From: an uncultured Rivularia sp.
Lineage (GTDB): Bacteria > Cyanobacteriota > Cyanobacteriia > Cyanobacteriales > Nostocaceae
Direction of reading: 5' to 3'
Length of the DNA: 64,000 bases
Assembly (NCBI GenBank): GCA_963665115.1
Contig: OY762007.1
Span: 7,392,001-7,456,000, forward strand
Part shown: in pieces, positions 46,849 to 57,290 of the stretch
Numbering within the stretch: position 1 is the first letter of the stretch
Layout of the letters: every line of letters begins with the position of its first letter
The notes under the pieces: model-generated
What the model was told of the DNA's origin: nothing
The model's database searches: none
What the model saw: only the letters and a program-made list of their open reading frames with translations
Made by a program: the position numbers and the translations under genes

Positions 46849-47382
46849 GAAAATTTTCCTCTCAATGTTTTTATTTAATGATTGCAGTTATCAGTTAAGG
46901 CTGAAATGCATTACCTAAAATGGGGGTTAGCGATTATTCTTTAAAATTTTCCTATCCTCCTCACACTGCTATCGTTAATTATTTATAGATTTGCAGCTAT
47001 ATAAAAATTACTATCTTATTTTAGGTCGGCAATGTTTCGCAACATTTCAGACATTTAACTCTGTCAAGAATAAAACATAAGAGCTTAATTGGCTTCTATC
47101 TTAAGAAAGAGGCAAAACGCGGAGATAATATTGGTATTTAGAAAATAATTTTATTCTTTAATTTTAATTTCATATAAATCCTGAAAAACTCAATTTAACA
47201 AAAACTTAACCAAGAATTATTCTTTAGAGCACTGCTAATGCATATTTGTCAAGGATACAAATAAATAATTTTAACCACGTCTTTAGATAGATTATAAAGT
47301 TATATATTTTTGTATATTTACCTTTTTCAACTTTGAAAGTATTTTATAGGGTACTTCATCGCTTCAACTCAACTCTCAACTC

Positions 47383-50300
47383 CTACCTTTTAATCCTTCC
47401 CAAAGTATTCAATAAGTCACCTGCGCTAAAAGGTTTAGTAAGAAATGCTTGAATACTGTTGTTGCTCAATTGTGTTAAAGCCTCATTAGAAACTAATCCA
47501 CTCATTGCAATAATTTTTACTTGTGGATTTATTTGTTGTATGGTGCGGATGGCTGTTGCTCCATCCATTGATGGCATCATTATATCTATTAAAACGATAT
47601 TAATTTCCTTTTTGTGCTGCACGTAAACTGCAATTGCTTCAATACCATCTCTAGCTATCATGACGCGATAATTATAGGTTTCAAGCGTGGTTTTGATAAT
47701 TTCACAAATTGCTACTTCATCATCTACGATTAAAATTAACTCTTCATTTCCTATAGGTAGCTGTTCCCGTTCCGAAATCGAGGAAACTTCTCCTTCTATA
47801 CTTGGCAAATAAACTTTAAATTGACTACCTTTTGTGATTTGGCTCGATACTTCAATAAAACCACCGTGATTTTTGACAATACCTAATACCGTCGATAAGC
47901 CCAACCCCGTGCCTTTTCCTACTTCTTTAGTAGTAAAAAATGGGTCAAAAATTCTATCTATAATTCGTGCAGAAATACCAATTCCACTATCAGTAATAGT
48001 AACTACAATATAGTGACCAACTTTTGCCTCAATGTTCATTTTGGCGTAACTTTCATCGATAAACTTATTTTCAGCTTCAATGCTTAAAATTCCTCCGTCG
48101 GGCATTGCATCGCGGGCATTCACTACTAAATTCATAAATACCTGATGCAGTTGAGTAGCATCTGCTGAAACTGTCCATAAGTCTCTGGGTAAATCTCTTT
48201 CAATTGTGATGCTTTTAGGAAATGTACCTTTAGCAAACTGCTCAATATCTTTCAAAAGATGCTTGACTTGCAGCACCGTGCGCTTACCTTCGTTGCCACG
48301 AGCAAACGAAAGAACTTGTTTCACTAAATTAGCGCCTCGTTTGGCAGTAGCTTCGAGCATTACCAACATTTCACTCGAAGTCTTATCAACATCACCAAGT
48401 TTGAGCGGCAACAATTGCGATATTGCCAATATTGGTGTGAGCATATTATTTAAATCATGAGCGATGCCGCTTGCTAATGTACCCAGGCTTTCCAGACGTT
48501 GAGCGCGGAGAAACTGACTTTCAAGCTGTTTTTTCTCGGTGATGTCGGTATCTACTGTCAAAATTGATTTGGGGTTTCCGGCTTCGTCGCGTACCAAAGT
48601 CCAGCGACTGGCTACAGTAATATCTCTACCCTGCTTAGTAACTTTTTCTAGCTCACCCTGCCACGCACCATTCTGCGTAACTTGTTGCATTGCTTCCGCC
48701 AACTCTGGAGTGAATTCCTTGAATAAAATCTTGTTAGCAGGCTTACCTAAAAATTCTTCTGCCGTCCAACCATACATATTTTCTGCACTTTGATTGCAGT
48801 ATAAAATTATTCCTGATAAATCCCTTAACAAAATTGCATCTGTAGCGACATCGAGCAAAACTGCCTGTTCGGCAATTTTCTTTTCTGCTTGTTTACGCTC
48901 GGTTATATCTATACAAGAGCCAATATAGCCTTCAAAATTTCCATCTGAATTAAATCTAGGAGTGCCCTTATCCAAAATCCAGCGATATTTGCCATTCCGA
49001 TTCTGCAAACGGTATTCCATCGAAAATGCTTGACGGGCATCGAAAGCATTAACGTAAATTTCAACACATCTATCTCGATCGTCTGGATGAACTCCTTCAG
49101 CCCAACCATTACCGATTTCTTCCTCTAAACTTCTTCCAGTAAATTCCAACCACACCGCATTAAAATAATTGCAAAGCTTGTCGCATCCAGCCATCCAAAT
49201 CAGCACCGGGGCTGTATCTGCCATATTGCGAAATCTTGCTTCACTTTCCCGCAACGCTGACTCCGCCTGCTTATATTTGCTGATATCTTTAGAAATTCCG
49301 TAAAAACGGACAATTTTATTGTTAAAATCCCGTTCTATTTTTCCACAAGAAAATGCATAACCAATCGAACCATCGGAGCGTATAAATCTAAATTCCGTCT
49401 CGTAGGGAATACCTTTTTCTATCGCATTTAGAGTCAGCCGATTTACTCGCTCTCTATCTTCTGGATGAATCAGCTGAGTGATAGTTTCAATATTAGGCGT
49501 AGAATTATCATTGTCGCGATTAGCAAACTGATAAAATTGTTTTGACCACCAAGCTTCATCTGTAGTCAAATCCCAAGACCAACTACCGATTTTAGCAATT
49601 CTCTGCGCTTCTTGCAGCAAAGCTTCAGTTTGACGTAACTTCTCTTCAGCTTGCTTGCGTTGAGTAATATCTCGAACCACAGCCAGCAAACCAATTTTTT
49701 CGCCGCTATTATTATTTAAATAACTAACTGATAGCTCAACATAAATTACTTCACCATTCTTTTTAAGATGAATATTTTCTCCCTGCCACCAACCATTTTT
49801 CGATAAACTTTCTTTCGCAACCTCTCGATCATCTGGATTGGGCCAGCGATATTCATATACTTCTGCTAAACTACGTCCAACAAACTCCGCAGCCTTAATA
49901 TTGTATTGCTGCTCGGCTCGTTTGTTTAAATAAATAATTTTATGTTCGTTATCGATCGCAATAACTGCATCGCTAACGTGAGCTAAAATATTTGCATCAA
50001 ATTTAATTTGAGTTTCTGCTGCCGAAATACTATTAATTTCTTGTTTGCAGTCAGAATTAGTATTTTTTAACTTGTTAATAATACCATCATCTTCATTCAC
50101 AAAAAATAGCAACAAACTTTTCTCTTCGATAATTCCCTGCAAATTACCATTATCATCCACTACTGGTAAATGGGAAATTCCATGCTGATGCATTACCTGT
50201 AAAGCTGTAAAAACATCTTGATTTGACGATTTCTTCAAGCTGATTACTTCTCGTTTCATCACGTCAGCTACTTTCACAGACGATATTTTACCAGAAGCAG

Positions 50301-50514
50301 CAAGTCTCAGAGCATCAGCCTGAGTCAAGATTCCTACCAAACGACAGTCTTCAGTTACTAAAACACAATTTGCTTTTTCATCCGAGGCATAACTTATATT
50401 CAGCATTAAAGTAATTGCATCATTTACCAAAGTATCGGGTGTTACTGTCAAACAATAAGTTTCAATAACCCGATTTAAAGCAAATAAATCATTTGAATTG
50501 GTAATAGATGACAT
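47383..50514 (-). CDS. Hybrid sensor histidine kinase: CBS pair, 4 PAS/PAC, HisKA-HATPase, REC
   Basis: VADVMKR/HLPVVD (CBS), repeated ...DITERK PAC ends, SGIAHDLNN, NARDAM, GTGLGL, LIVDDE. Confidence 0.93.
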   Translation of the reverse strand: MSSITNSNDLFALNRVIETYCLTVTPDTLVNDAITLMLNISYASDEKANCVLVTEDCRLVGILTQADALRLAASGKISSVKVADVMKREVISLKKSSNQDVFTALQVMHQHGISHLPVVDDNGNLQGIIEEKSLLLFFVNEDDGIINKLKNTNSDCKQEINSISAAETQIKFDANILAHVSDAVIAIDNEHKIIYLNKRAEQQYNIKAAEFVGRSLAEVYEYRWPNPDDREVAKESLSKNGWWQGENIHLKKNGEVIYVELSVSYLNNNSGEKIGLLAVVRDITQRKQAEEKLRQTEALLQEAQRIAKIGSWSWDLTTDEAWWSKQFYQFANRDNDNSTPNIETITQLIHPEDRERVNRLTLNAIEKGIPYETEFRFIRSDGSIGYAFSCGKIERDFNNKIVRFYGISKDISKYKQAESALRESEARFRNMADTAPVLIWMAGCDKLCNYFNAVWLEFTGRSLEEEIGNGWAEGVHPDDRDRCVEIYVNAFDARQAFSMEYRLQNRNGKYRWILDKGTPRFNSDGNFEGYIGSCIDITERKQAEKKIAEQAVLLDVATDAILLRDLSGIILYCNQSAENMYGWTAEEFLGKPANKILFKEFTPELAEAMQQVTQNGAWQGELEKVTKQGRDITVASRWTLVRDEAGNPKSILTVDTDITEKKQLESQFLRAQRLESLGTLASGIAHDLNNMLTPILAISQLLPLKLGDVDKTSSEMLVMLEATAKRGANLVKQVLSFARGNEGKRTVLQVKHLLKDIEQFAKGTFPKSITIERDLPRDLWTVSADATQLHQVFMNLVVNARDAMPDGGILSIEAENKFIDESYAKMNIEAKVGHYIVVTITDSGIGISARIIDRIFDPFFTTKEVGKGTGLGLSTVLGIVKNHGGFIEVSSQITKGSQFKVYLPSIEGEVSSISEREQLPIGNEELILIVDDEVAICEIIKTTLETYNYRVMIARDGIEAIAVYVQHKKEINIVLIDIMMPSMDGATAIRTIQQINPQVKIIAMSGLVSNEALTQLSNNSIQAFLTKPFSAGDLLNTLGRIKR

Positions 50515-50717
50515 AGTAAAGAAATATTACTAATTAATACAGGTAATTAAAGTGGCTAATTTCATACAAATTGTGCGAAAAATAACCAATTGGGATAAAA
50601 GTATCTTAAAAAAATAAGTCACATTAATATTGTAGCGATTTTCAATAAATGAACAATTAACTGTAGGGAAACGATATAAAAAGTCTCTCTACAGTTAATC
50701 TCTACGATCTATATTAT

Positions 50718-51251
50718 TCAAACTTTACCTACAATTTCTACCTTTAGTGTTTGAGGTTCTTTCTCAGCGTCCAGAATTATGCCTTGTACTGTAAACACCG
50801 AACAGTGGGCATGGTGAAGTACATAATTACTAACACTACCCATTAAAAATTCGCTTATTCCCCGACGACCCCGACGACCAATTACAATTACATCAGCCTC
50901 CCAATTTCGAGCTATATCGCAAATCATTCGAGATGGTTCGCCAATATTTTGAGAAAATTCCGTTTTAACTCCTAATTTCGTAGCTTGTTCGCACAGCTTA
51001 CGCAACCAATTGTATCTATTTTCTTTCAGATTGTTCCAATCATTCGCATATTTACTATTATTTCCTTGCAATTGTGGATAAACAATAGTGGGCTGTAAAA
51101 ACAAAGGATCGATGTACTGCTCATCGAGGGGAGATAAAACGTGTAAAAGCATTAAGTTTCCATCAGTTGCTTTTGCTAAAGATACAGCTTCATCAAATAC
51201 CCGCTGGCTCGATGATGAATTATCGATCGCGACAAGAATTCTATTCAACAT
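50718..51251 (-). CDS. Universal stress protein
   Basis: RILVAID, IVIGRRGRRG, MGSVSNYVLHHAHCSV. Confidence 0.92.
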   Translation of the reverse strand: MLNRILVAIDNSSSSQRVFDEAVSLAKATDGNLMLLHVLSPLDEQYIDPLFLQPTIVYPQLQGNNSKYANDWNNLKENRYNWLRKLCEQATKLGVKTEFSQNIGEPSRMICDIARNWEADVIVIGRRGRRGISEFLMGSVSNYVLHHAHCSVFTVQGIILDAEKEPQTLKVEIVGKV

Positions 51252-51291
51252 ATAGATTACCCACTTAACTACTAACCGCCTTGTCTATTAC

Positions 51292-51380
51292 CTTATAGAC
51301 AAAAAGTATGAGGATTTTGTGAGTATTAAGTTTTATTTAGCTAAAAACCTCACAAGTTACTCACATTTATTTTCTATTCT
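51292..51380. promoter_or_regulatory. Divergent promoter with two oppositely oriented 7-N4-7 direct-repeat boxes
   Basis: + strand CCTCACA-AGTT-ACTCACA (51348-51365); - strand ACTCACA-AAAT-CCTCATA (51324-51307). Each is followed after 9 nt by a -10-like hexamer. Confidence 0.6.
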
Positions 51381-51472
51381 GAAAGCATTAAATTTACATC
51401 TGCTTTTTTAGTAAAAACTTTTTATCCGACTTTCGATAATTGCAAATAATTAATAGAGGTTAAAAAACCATC

Positions 51473-51712
51473 ATGAACTACTGCCCTTGTTGTAAAGACA
51501 CACTCTTATGTCACATTAGCCACAATCATATTTACTGGTTTTGCCCAAGTTGTTGGCAAGAAATGCCTGTATGCGATTTAGCAGCTTCTCATTCATTGAC
51601 AGAAGCAATATCGGGAAAACTATCTACAATGCATCAAAAAATTGAAAAATCAAGTTTAAACTCTCGCGTTCCTAGTATTAATTCTTCCCAACTTGCTATT
51701 ACCCATGTTTAA
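51473..51712 (+). CDS. Small zinc-ribbon protein
   Basis: CPCC...WFCPSCWQEMP; GAGG RBS. Confidence 0.7.
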   Translation: MNYCPCCKDTLLCHISHNHIYWFCPSCWQEMPVCDLAASHSLTEAISGKLSTMHQKIEKSSLNSRVPSINSSQLAITHV

Positions 51713-51929
51713 TAGTTAAAGTAAAGTTACATTCAAAAATTATTCAGTTTTACGATTAGCCACTCCTTCATCTTTTAGGGCGTGGCTTATATTTTAAATT
51801 TGAATAAATCTAAATAATAATTGACATTTGTTAAGTAAAGCAAAGCATAATTTATTTTATATTCTAAGATTAAAATTAAGTCATTTAATATAAATTCTTT
51901 CCCACTTTGATGCAAAAATAGCTATAGGG

Positions 51930-52638
51930 ATGAAAATATTAATTGTAGAAGATGACCTATATGTTGCAAAAGCGCTGAATCTGATTCTCGCCGATCGAAA
52001 TTATGTGGTTGAAGTTGCCTCCGATGGAGAAGAGGCTTGGGGATTTATCAAACTTTTTGATTACGATTTAATTATCCTTGATATCACATTACCTAAAATA
52101 GATGGTATTAGCCTATGCCGACAAATGCGTTCTGAGAGTTTACAAACACCTATTATGCTGTTAACGGGATTAAGTTGTCCTCATGAAAAAGCTGTAGGTT
52201 TGGATGCTGGTGCAGATGACTACATGGTTAAACCTTTTGACGAAGAAGAATTAACCGCTCGTATACGGGCACTGTTGCGTCGAGGAAAAATTAAATCTTT
52301 ACCTATTTTAAAGTGTGGTTTCTCTACAACTTGACCCCAAACGTTACGAAGTTACTTACAATAAACAACTCTTAGCCTTAACTCCTAAAGAATACGCTTT
52401 ATTAGAGCTTTTTTTACGAAATACTCATCACGTATTTAGTTGCAGTATGATTTTAGATCATCTATGGTCTTACGAAGACGCTCCCACAGAAGAAGCAGTG
52501 CGTACTCATATCAAAGGATTGCGAATGAAATTAAAAGCTGTGGGTGCCTCTAGCAATATTATTGAAACTGTTTATGGTATTGGTTATCGTTTAAATGCCC
52601 AGGTTGAAGAAGCGGGGAAGAGTTTACCGATAAAATAA
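51930..52638 (+). CDS. OmpR-family response regulator (RcaC-like REC plus winged helix); frameshifted near 52320
   Basis: ILIVEDD, ILDITLP, GADDY.VKPF; LTPKEY.LLELF, IETVYGIGYRL. The ORFs join by removing one T. Confidence 0.88.
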
Positions 52639-52653
52639 TAAAAATCAAATTAA

Positions 52654-52719
52654 GGTTCGTAGTAGCGCTTCAGCGCCTCCGAATCCCGAATCATGAGGCG
52701 CTAAAGCGCAACTACGAAC
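52654..52719. repeat. REP inverted pair
   Basis: GTTCGTAGTAGCGCTTCAGCGCCTC ... GAGGCGCTAAAGCGCAACTACGAAC. Confidence 0.7.
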
Positions 52720-52905
52720 TCCAACAATAAAAGGCGACTAGTTAACTAGCCGCCTTCTCAATCGTATTCTTATTAAATTCGCATTTTTTTATCAAGATCA
52801 AAAAGAAAAACTTCACAATTGTTATTAATTTACGCTATGATACATACATATGCACACAATGGCTACATTGTCAACTACAATTTATCGGTTTGATGTGAAA
52901 GATAT

Positions 52906-53217
52906 TTAGGCAACAGAATTATTTCCAGCAGAATGTAGTTTTCTTGGCGCACTAATTGAAACTACCTTAGAATCAGTTTCTAAATTTTCCATATCTTCTG
53001 GGGTTACAGTTGCTGTAATCAAATTATCTGAAATATGACCTCTTAATTTCACGCCTGCGGGAACGTAACCTGGTTCAGCGACTTTTATAGTTACGCCAAA
53101 AATATCATCGCTATTTGGTTGTTGCGATTGAGCTATTTCAGATCCGTGTTCTTTTTTGTGACAGCCGTGCATCATACTTTTTTTTACGCGCACTGGTTTA
53201 CCTGCTACATAAAGCAT
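52906..53217 (-). CDS. Small protein resembling a stand-alone subtilisin prodomain (I9-like)
   Basis: C-terminal half aligns by eye with the N-terminal prodomain of the upstream S8 protein; AAGGA RBS. Confidence 0.65.
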   Translation of the reverse strand: MLYVAGKPVRVKKSMMHGCHKKEHGSEIAQSQQPNSDDIFGVTIKVAEPGYVPAGVKLRGHISDNLITATVTPEDMENLETDSKVVSISAPRKLHSAGNNSVA

Positions 53218-53287
53218 AGGTAACTATTCCTTGTTCAAAAGCTTATTTTTGTGGTCGAATAATATTATATTCTATCACTCAATGTTA

Positions 53288-55126
53288 TCACATCGCTCTA
53301 ATGAGGGAAAGGGCAATATTAACATCTATCGGACCATAACCATAACGCGCTTTCTCTAAAGGATCTTCTGGGAAGTTCTTTTCAGCGCTTTGGATTAAAA
53401 TATCGCGAATTTGGTTAATATCTAATTCAATATTGCGACTATTCGCTTCACTTAAGATCAAGGCTATAATTCCGGTGACAACGGGTGCGGCCATACTAGT
53501 ACCGGATTTTCGGTAAGATTTAGTTTCAGTAAGTGAAGCTGCTGCCCATATATTTTGTCCGGGAGCGATAAAATCGGGCTTTTTGCGTTCGTCACGAGTT
53601 GGGCCAGAACTAGAAAAATATGATAAAGGTTGGCTGGGTTTTGTCGGATCGTAAGAACCAACCATAATGATATTATGTCCGCAGCCGATGGAGTTAACGG
53701 TATGAGTATTGTCGTGAGGCGGAATAAAACTCGTTTGAGAACCATCTTCACGTTCTATCCAAGCGTGAAAATCACCGTTATCCACTTCAACTCCATGCAG
53801 TCGTAACGTCCAAACTCCTCCTGGAAGTCGGGATTCCATAAAAACACCAATCATATTATCGCCGTTGTTGGGGTCGCAAAAACGGTGGGATAAGTAAATC
53901 ACGGTGTTATCATCTTCGTCTACAATTTCTCCATTCTCCCCTAATTGCAGACTTACCAAAGGTTGGCCATCCGGAGGAATAATTTCTAAACGGAATTTAT
54001 CCGCGCCATTATACCAAAGTTCCATCGCTTTGTACTGCCAATGTCCTCTAGGAATATCCCAGTGCAGATCGGTGAAACCATCTTGCGGTACTTTTCCCGA
54101 AGCATGAATTCCTTTGTAATATGAATTTCCCGAAGCAATAACTACCGCTCTATTTGATTTATTGCCTACCAAAGCATCTATACTTTGTTCAACCAAAGCA
54201 GTACCATCATGAGGTCCACCATGTAACGCTAGACTGATATTTATCGCACAAGGGCGATCGCCAGCCATTTCAAAGATATAATCCACGGCTTCCACCAGTT
54301 CGGTAGTATCCCCCAAAGACTTATCTACAGCGTAAACACCATCAGCTAAAACCGCTTCTACAGCACCATTAGAGAAGTGGACAAATATGATATCAGCCTT
54401 GGGAGAAATACCCGGATTTCCGGTACCGTTTCCATTACCCGCAGCAATATCCATAACATGGGTACCGTGAGCGAGTTCTCCGGGAGAGTAGCCCAAAGCT
54501 AAATAAGGATTTTCCGATTGCAAAGCTTGATTTATTTCTGCGCTGCGATAAACTTTTCCATAACCAAAAGGACTATCGGGATCTGAAGAACCATCTTGAT
54601 CCCATAAAGCGAGTATTCTGGTAGAACCATCTGGGTGACGAAAATTCTGGTGAGCAAAATCGCAACCCACATCAATAATTCCTACAACTACATTCTCTCC
54701 CTGCTGTTCCGTTAAGGAAGCTCTCTCCAAACCTCTCTCTTGCAAGGAGAGAGGCTTTAAATTCTCCCCATTCCCTTGCAGGGAAGGGGGTTGGGGGGTT
54801 AGGTCTTCCGTAGCTAGTTGCAAACTTTGCGATGCTTGCAAACTGACAACACAAGGGGAAGTACGTACAGACTGCAACCGCGACACGGGAACTCTTGCAG
54901 TGACAATAATATTTCCATTTGGCGTACTTCCGAGTTCTGCGCCTTCTCGGACTTCCGTCATTGAAAGCCATGCTTTTAGATCGTTCACCTTCGCGATCGC
55001 AGCAACTTCTCCCACCTCTGTTGAAGCTGTGGGTGGAGTAGATAGTCCTCTGCGACGACGTTGTATAAGTCTTTGCAATCTCGGGTCAATATCTGCAAAA
55101 ATATTCGTCCATTCAAATCGCATCAA
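53288..55126 (-). CDS. Subtilisin-like S8 serine peptidase with jelly-roll-type insert (CspA/CspB-like layout), no signal peptide
   Basis: Catalytic triad VGIIDVG, HGTHV and SGTSMAAP; oxyanion-hole ASGN; AGAAGGTGA RBS. Confidence 0.9.
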   Translation of the reverse strand: MMRFEWTNIFADIDPRLQRLIQRRRRGLSTPPTASTEVGEVAAIAKVNDLKAWLSMTEVREGAELGSTPNGNIIVTARVPVSRLQSVRTSPCVVSLQASQSLQLATEDLTPQPPSLQGNGENLKPLSLQERGLERASLTEQQGENVVVGIIDVGCDFAHQNFRHPDGSTRILALWDQDGSSDPDSPFGYGKVYRSAEINQALQSENPYLALGYSPGELAHGTHVMDIAAGNGNGTGNPGISPKADIIFVHFSNGAVEAVLADGVYAVDKSLGDTTELVEAVDYIFEMAGDRPCAINISLALHGGPHDGTALVEQSIDALVGNKSNRAVVIASGNSYYKGIHASGKVPQDGFTDLHWDIPRGHWQYKAMELWYNGADKFRLEIIPPDGQPLVSLQLGENGEIVDEDDNTVIYLSHRFCDPNNGDNMIGVFMESRLPGGVWTLRLHGVEVDNGDFHAWIEREDGSQTSFIPPHDNTHTVNSIGCGHNIIMVGSYDPTKPSQPLSYFSSSGPTRDERKKPDFIAPGQNIWAAASLTETKSYRKSGTSMAAPVVTGIIALILSEANSRNIELDINQIRDILIQSAEKNFPEDPLEKARYGYGPIDVNIALSLIRAM

Positions 55127-55628
55127 TCACCTTCTTTCCCGTTACGAACAATGTAAAGCTTAATTGTTTATCGTATATATTTGTTTTAAATTACGATTAT
55201 TTCATCTATATTTTTTTATTCGATGAAATAAGAAACTCCGTAATAAAACTGATATTTACTATTTTAATAGTAGCTCAAAACACACTGTTTTTTATCTGGT
55301 TAGAGAATAATATGATTGGAATAAATCGGTAAAATAAGATCTAAGAAAATGAGAAATGCCAGATTACTTGTGAAGAGTAAGAAGTAATTTAGAACTAATT
55401 TCCAACCATCGACTTATTTAAAAACTAATCTTTCTCTCCCATTGAGAGCGTTAATATCCCCAAATCAACCCGCAATCATACAAAAAATAATTTAGTTTAC
55501 CTCCACAGCCAAAAATTTCCTAAAAACACATTTACAAAATCCAAACAGATTGCTATATCTAGCGCAGGCTTGACATCATAAAAGCCATGATTCAATTAGA
55601 AACAGATATATAGAGTCTCTAAAAAACT

Positions 55629-56975
55629 GTGCTGCAAATTAACAGAAAAATTATTGGTTTAACAGCCTTGGCGATGGTGGCTTTAGCTGGATGTACTAAC
55701 TCAACATCCAATCAAACTACCGCGAATCCAAGTAGCCAAGGAAACGTAATATTTATCCATCCAGATGGTACCAGTGCATCTCATTGGGGTGCGGCGCGAA
55801 TGCTCAATTATGGGCCGGATGGTAAATTAAATTGGGATAAAATGTCAAATTCGGGTGTTTATTTAGGACATCTGAAAAATCAACTTACTGCGACTTCTAA
55901 TGCAGGTGCGGTAATTCACGCTACGGGAGTTAAAGTAAATGACGATTCTTTTGGATTAGATGAAAACGAACAACCTATAGTTGCAGCTTCGGGTAAACCA
56001 CAAACTATTATGGAAGAAGCTGTTGAAGCGGGTAAAGCCACGGCAATTATCAATTCTGGGATTATACCGGAGCCGGGAACGGGGGCATTTGTCGCTAAAA
56101 CCAAGACTCGCCGCGAGTTTACAGAAATTACCAAGCAAATAGTTGAATCTGGTGTTGATGTAATTTTAGGTGGCGGTGAAGTATTTTATCTGCCCAAAGG
56201 TACGGCAGGGAGATACGCCAAAGCCGAAGAAAGTCAGCGAGAAGACGGATTAAATTTAATAGAAGAAGCCAAAAAAAAGGGCTATACCGTAGTTTATACC
56301 CGCGACGAACTTTTAGATTTGCCCGCAGACACTAAAAAAGTGTTGGGAATATTTGCTGCAACAGATACTTATAATGATGAATCCGAAGAAGATTTAAAAG
56401 AGAAAAATTTACCTTTATACGTTTCAGACACGCCGACAGTTTCGCAAATGTTGCAAGCAACTTTAAAAGTTGTATCCCAAAATTCAAATGGTTTTTTTAT
56501 TGTTTTAGAAGAAGAAGGAAGCGACAACTTTTGTAATTACAACAACGCTAAAGGCTGTATAGAAGCAATCAAACGCGCCGATGATGCGGTTGGTGTAGCA
56601 ATGGAATTTATTGACAAAAAAAATCCTAATACATTATTAGTTACTGCTGCCGATAGCGATGCAGGCGGCTTAGAAGTAATTGGAGGCACCACTGAAAAAT
56701 TTCCTCTAGATAAACCCGTACCAGAAAAAGGTGATAACGGCGCACCCTGGGATGGTAAAGATGGCACAGCTACACTACCTTTTGTATCTGGGCCAGATAA
56801 ACAAGGAAAAAATCATCCCTTTGCGATCGCCTGGGGAGGATTCAATGATTTTACTGGTTCGATTGTTGCTAAAACACACGGTTTAAATGCATCGGAGTTA
56901 CCTACTACTGTAGATAACACAGACATTTATAGTTTGATGTACCTAACATTATTTAACAAAGAGATTAAGAGTTAG
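55629..56975 (+). CDS. Alkaline phosphatase family lipoprotein
   Basis: Lipobox LAGC; NVIFIHPDG, VDVILGGG, GFFIVLEEEGSD, NTLLVTAAD, VDNTDIY. Confidence 0.85.
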   Translation: MLQINRKIIGLTALAMVALAGCTNSTSNQTTANPSSQGNVIFIHPDGTSASHWGAARMLNYGPDGKLNWDKMSNSGVYLGHLKNQLTATSNAGAVIHATGVKVNDDSFGLDENEQPIVAASGKPQTIMEEAVEAGKATAIINSGIIPEPGTGAFVAKTKTRREFTEITKQIVESGVDVILGGGEVFYLPKGTAGRYAKAEESQREDGLNLIEEAKKKGYTVVYTRDELLDLPADTKKVLGIFAATDTYNDESEEDLKEKNLPLYVSDTPTVSQMLQATLKVVSQNSNGFFIVLEEEGSDNFCNYNNAKGCIEAIKRADDAVGVAMEFIDKKNPNTLLVTAADSDAGGLEVIGGTTEKFPLDKPVPEKGDNGAPWDGKDGTATLPFVSGPDKQGKNHPFAIAWGGFNDFTGSIVAKTHGLNASELPTTVDNTDIYSLMYLTLFNKEIKS

Positions 56976-56983
56976 AAGTAGGT

Positions 56984-57086
56984 TAAGCTGTTACGCACTT
57001 AATTTGTATAGTACTAGCGGGCAAGATGCCCGCACTACAATAATTCCAAAATTTTGTTTTATACAATTTAGCTGCACATCAGCTTA
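56984..57086. mobile_element. 103-bp MITE-like element (copy 2)
   Basis: Same ends, length and internal GCGGGCAAGATGCCCGCACTACAAT as 5404-5506. Confidence 0.7.
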
Positions 57087-57290
57087 AAGGTCAAAGGTTA
57101 GCATATCTATTTTCTGTTCCCTATTACCTATTCCCTATTTCCCTAATCCAAACGAAGGTGGACAGACTAATAATTGTCCACCATTAAATCGTTATAGAAG
57201 CTACTTATTTAGATTTCGAGCCGAGTTAATTTGAAGGGAAATACACTGTTAGAGGTTAGACATATATTGTTCAAGTCACATAGATGCAGA

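Noticed and set aside
55400..55628. Pho box upstream of alkaline phosphatase
   Set aside because: No convincing triple PyTTAAPyPy repeat at 11-bp spacing.
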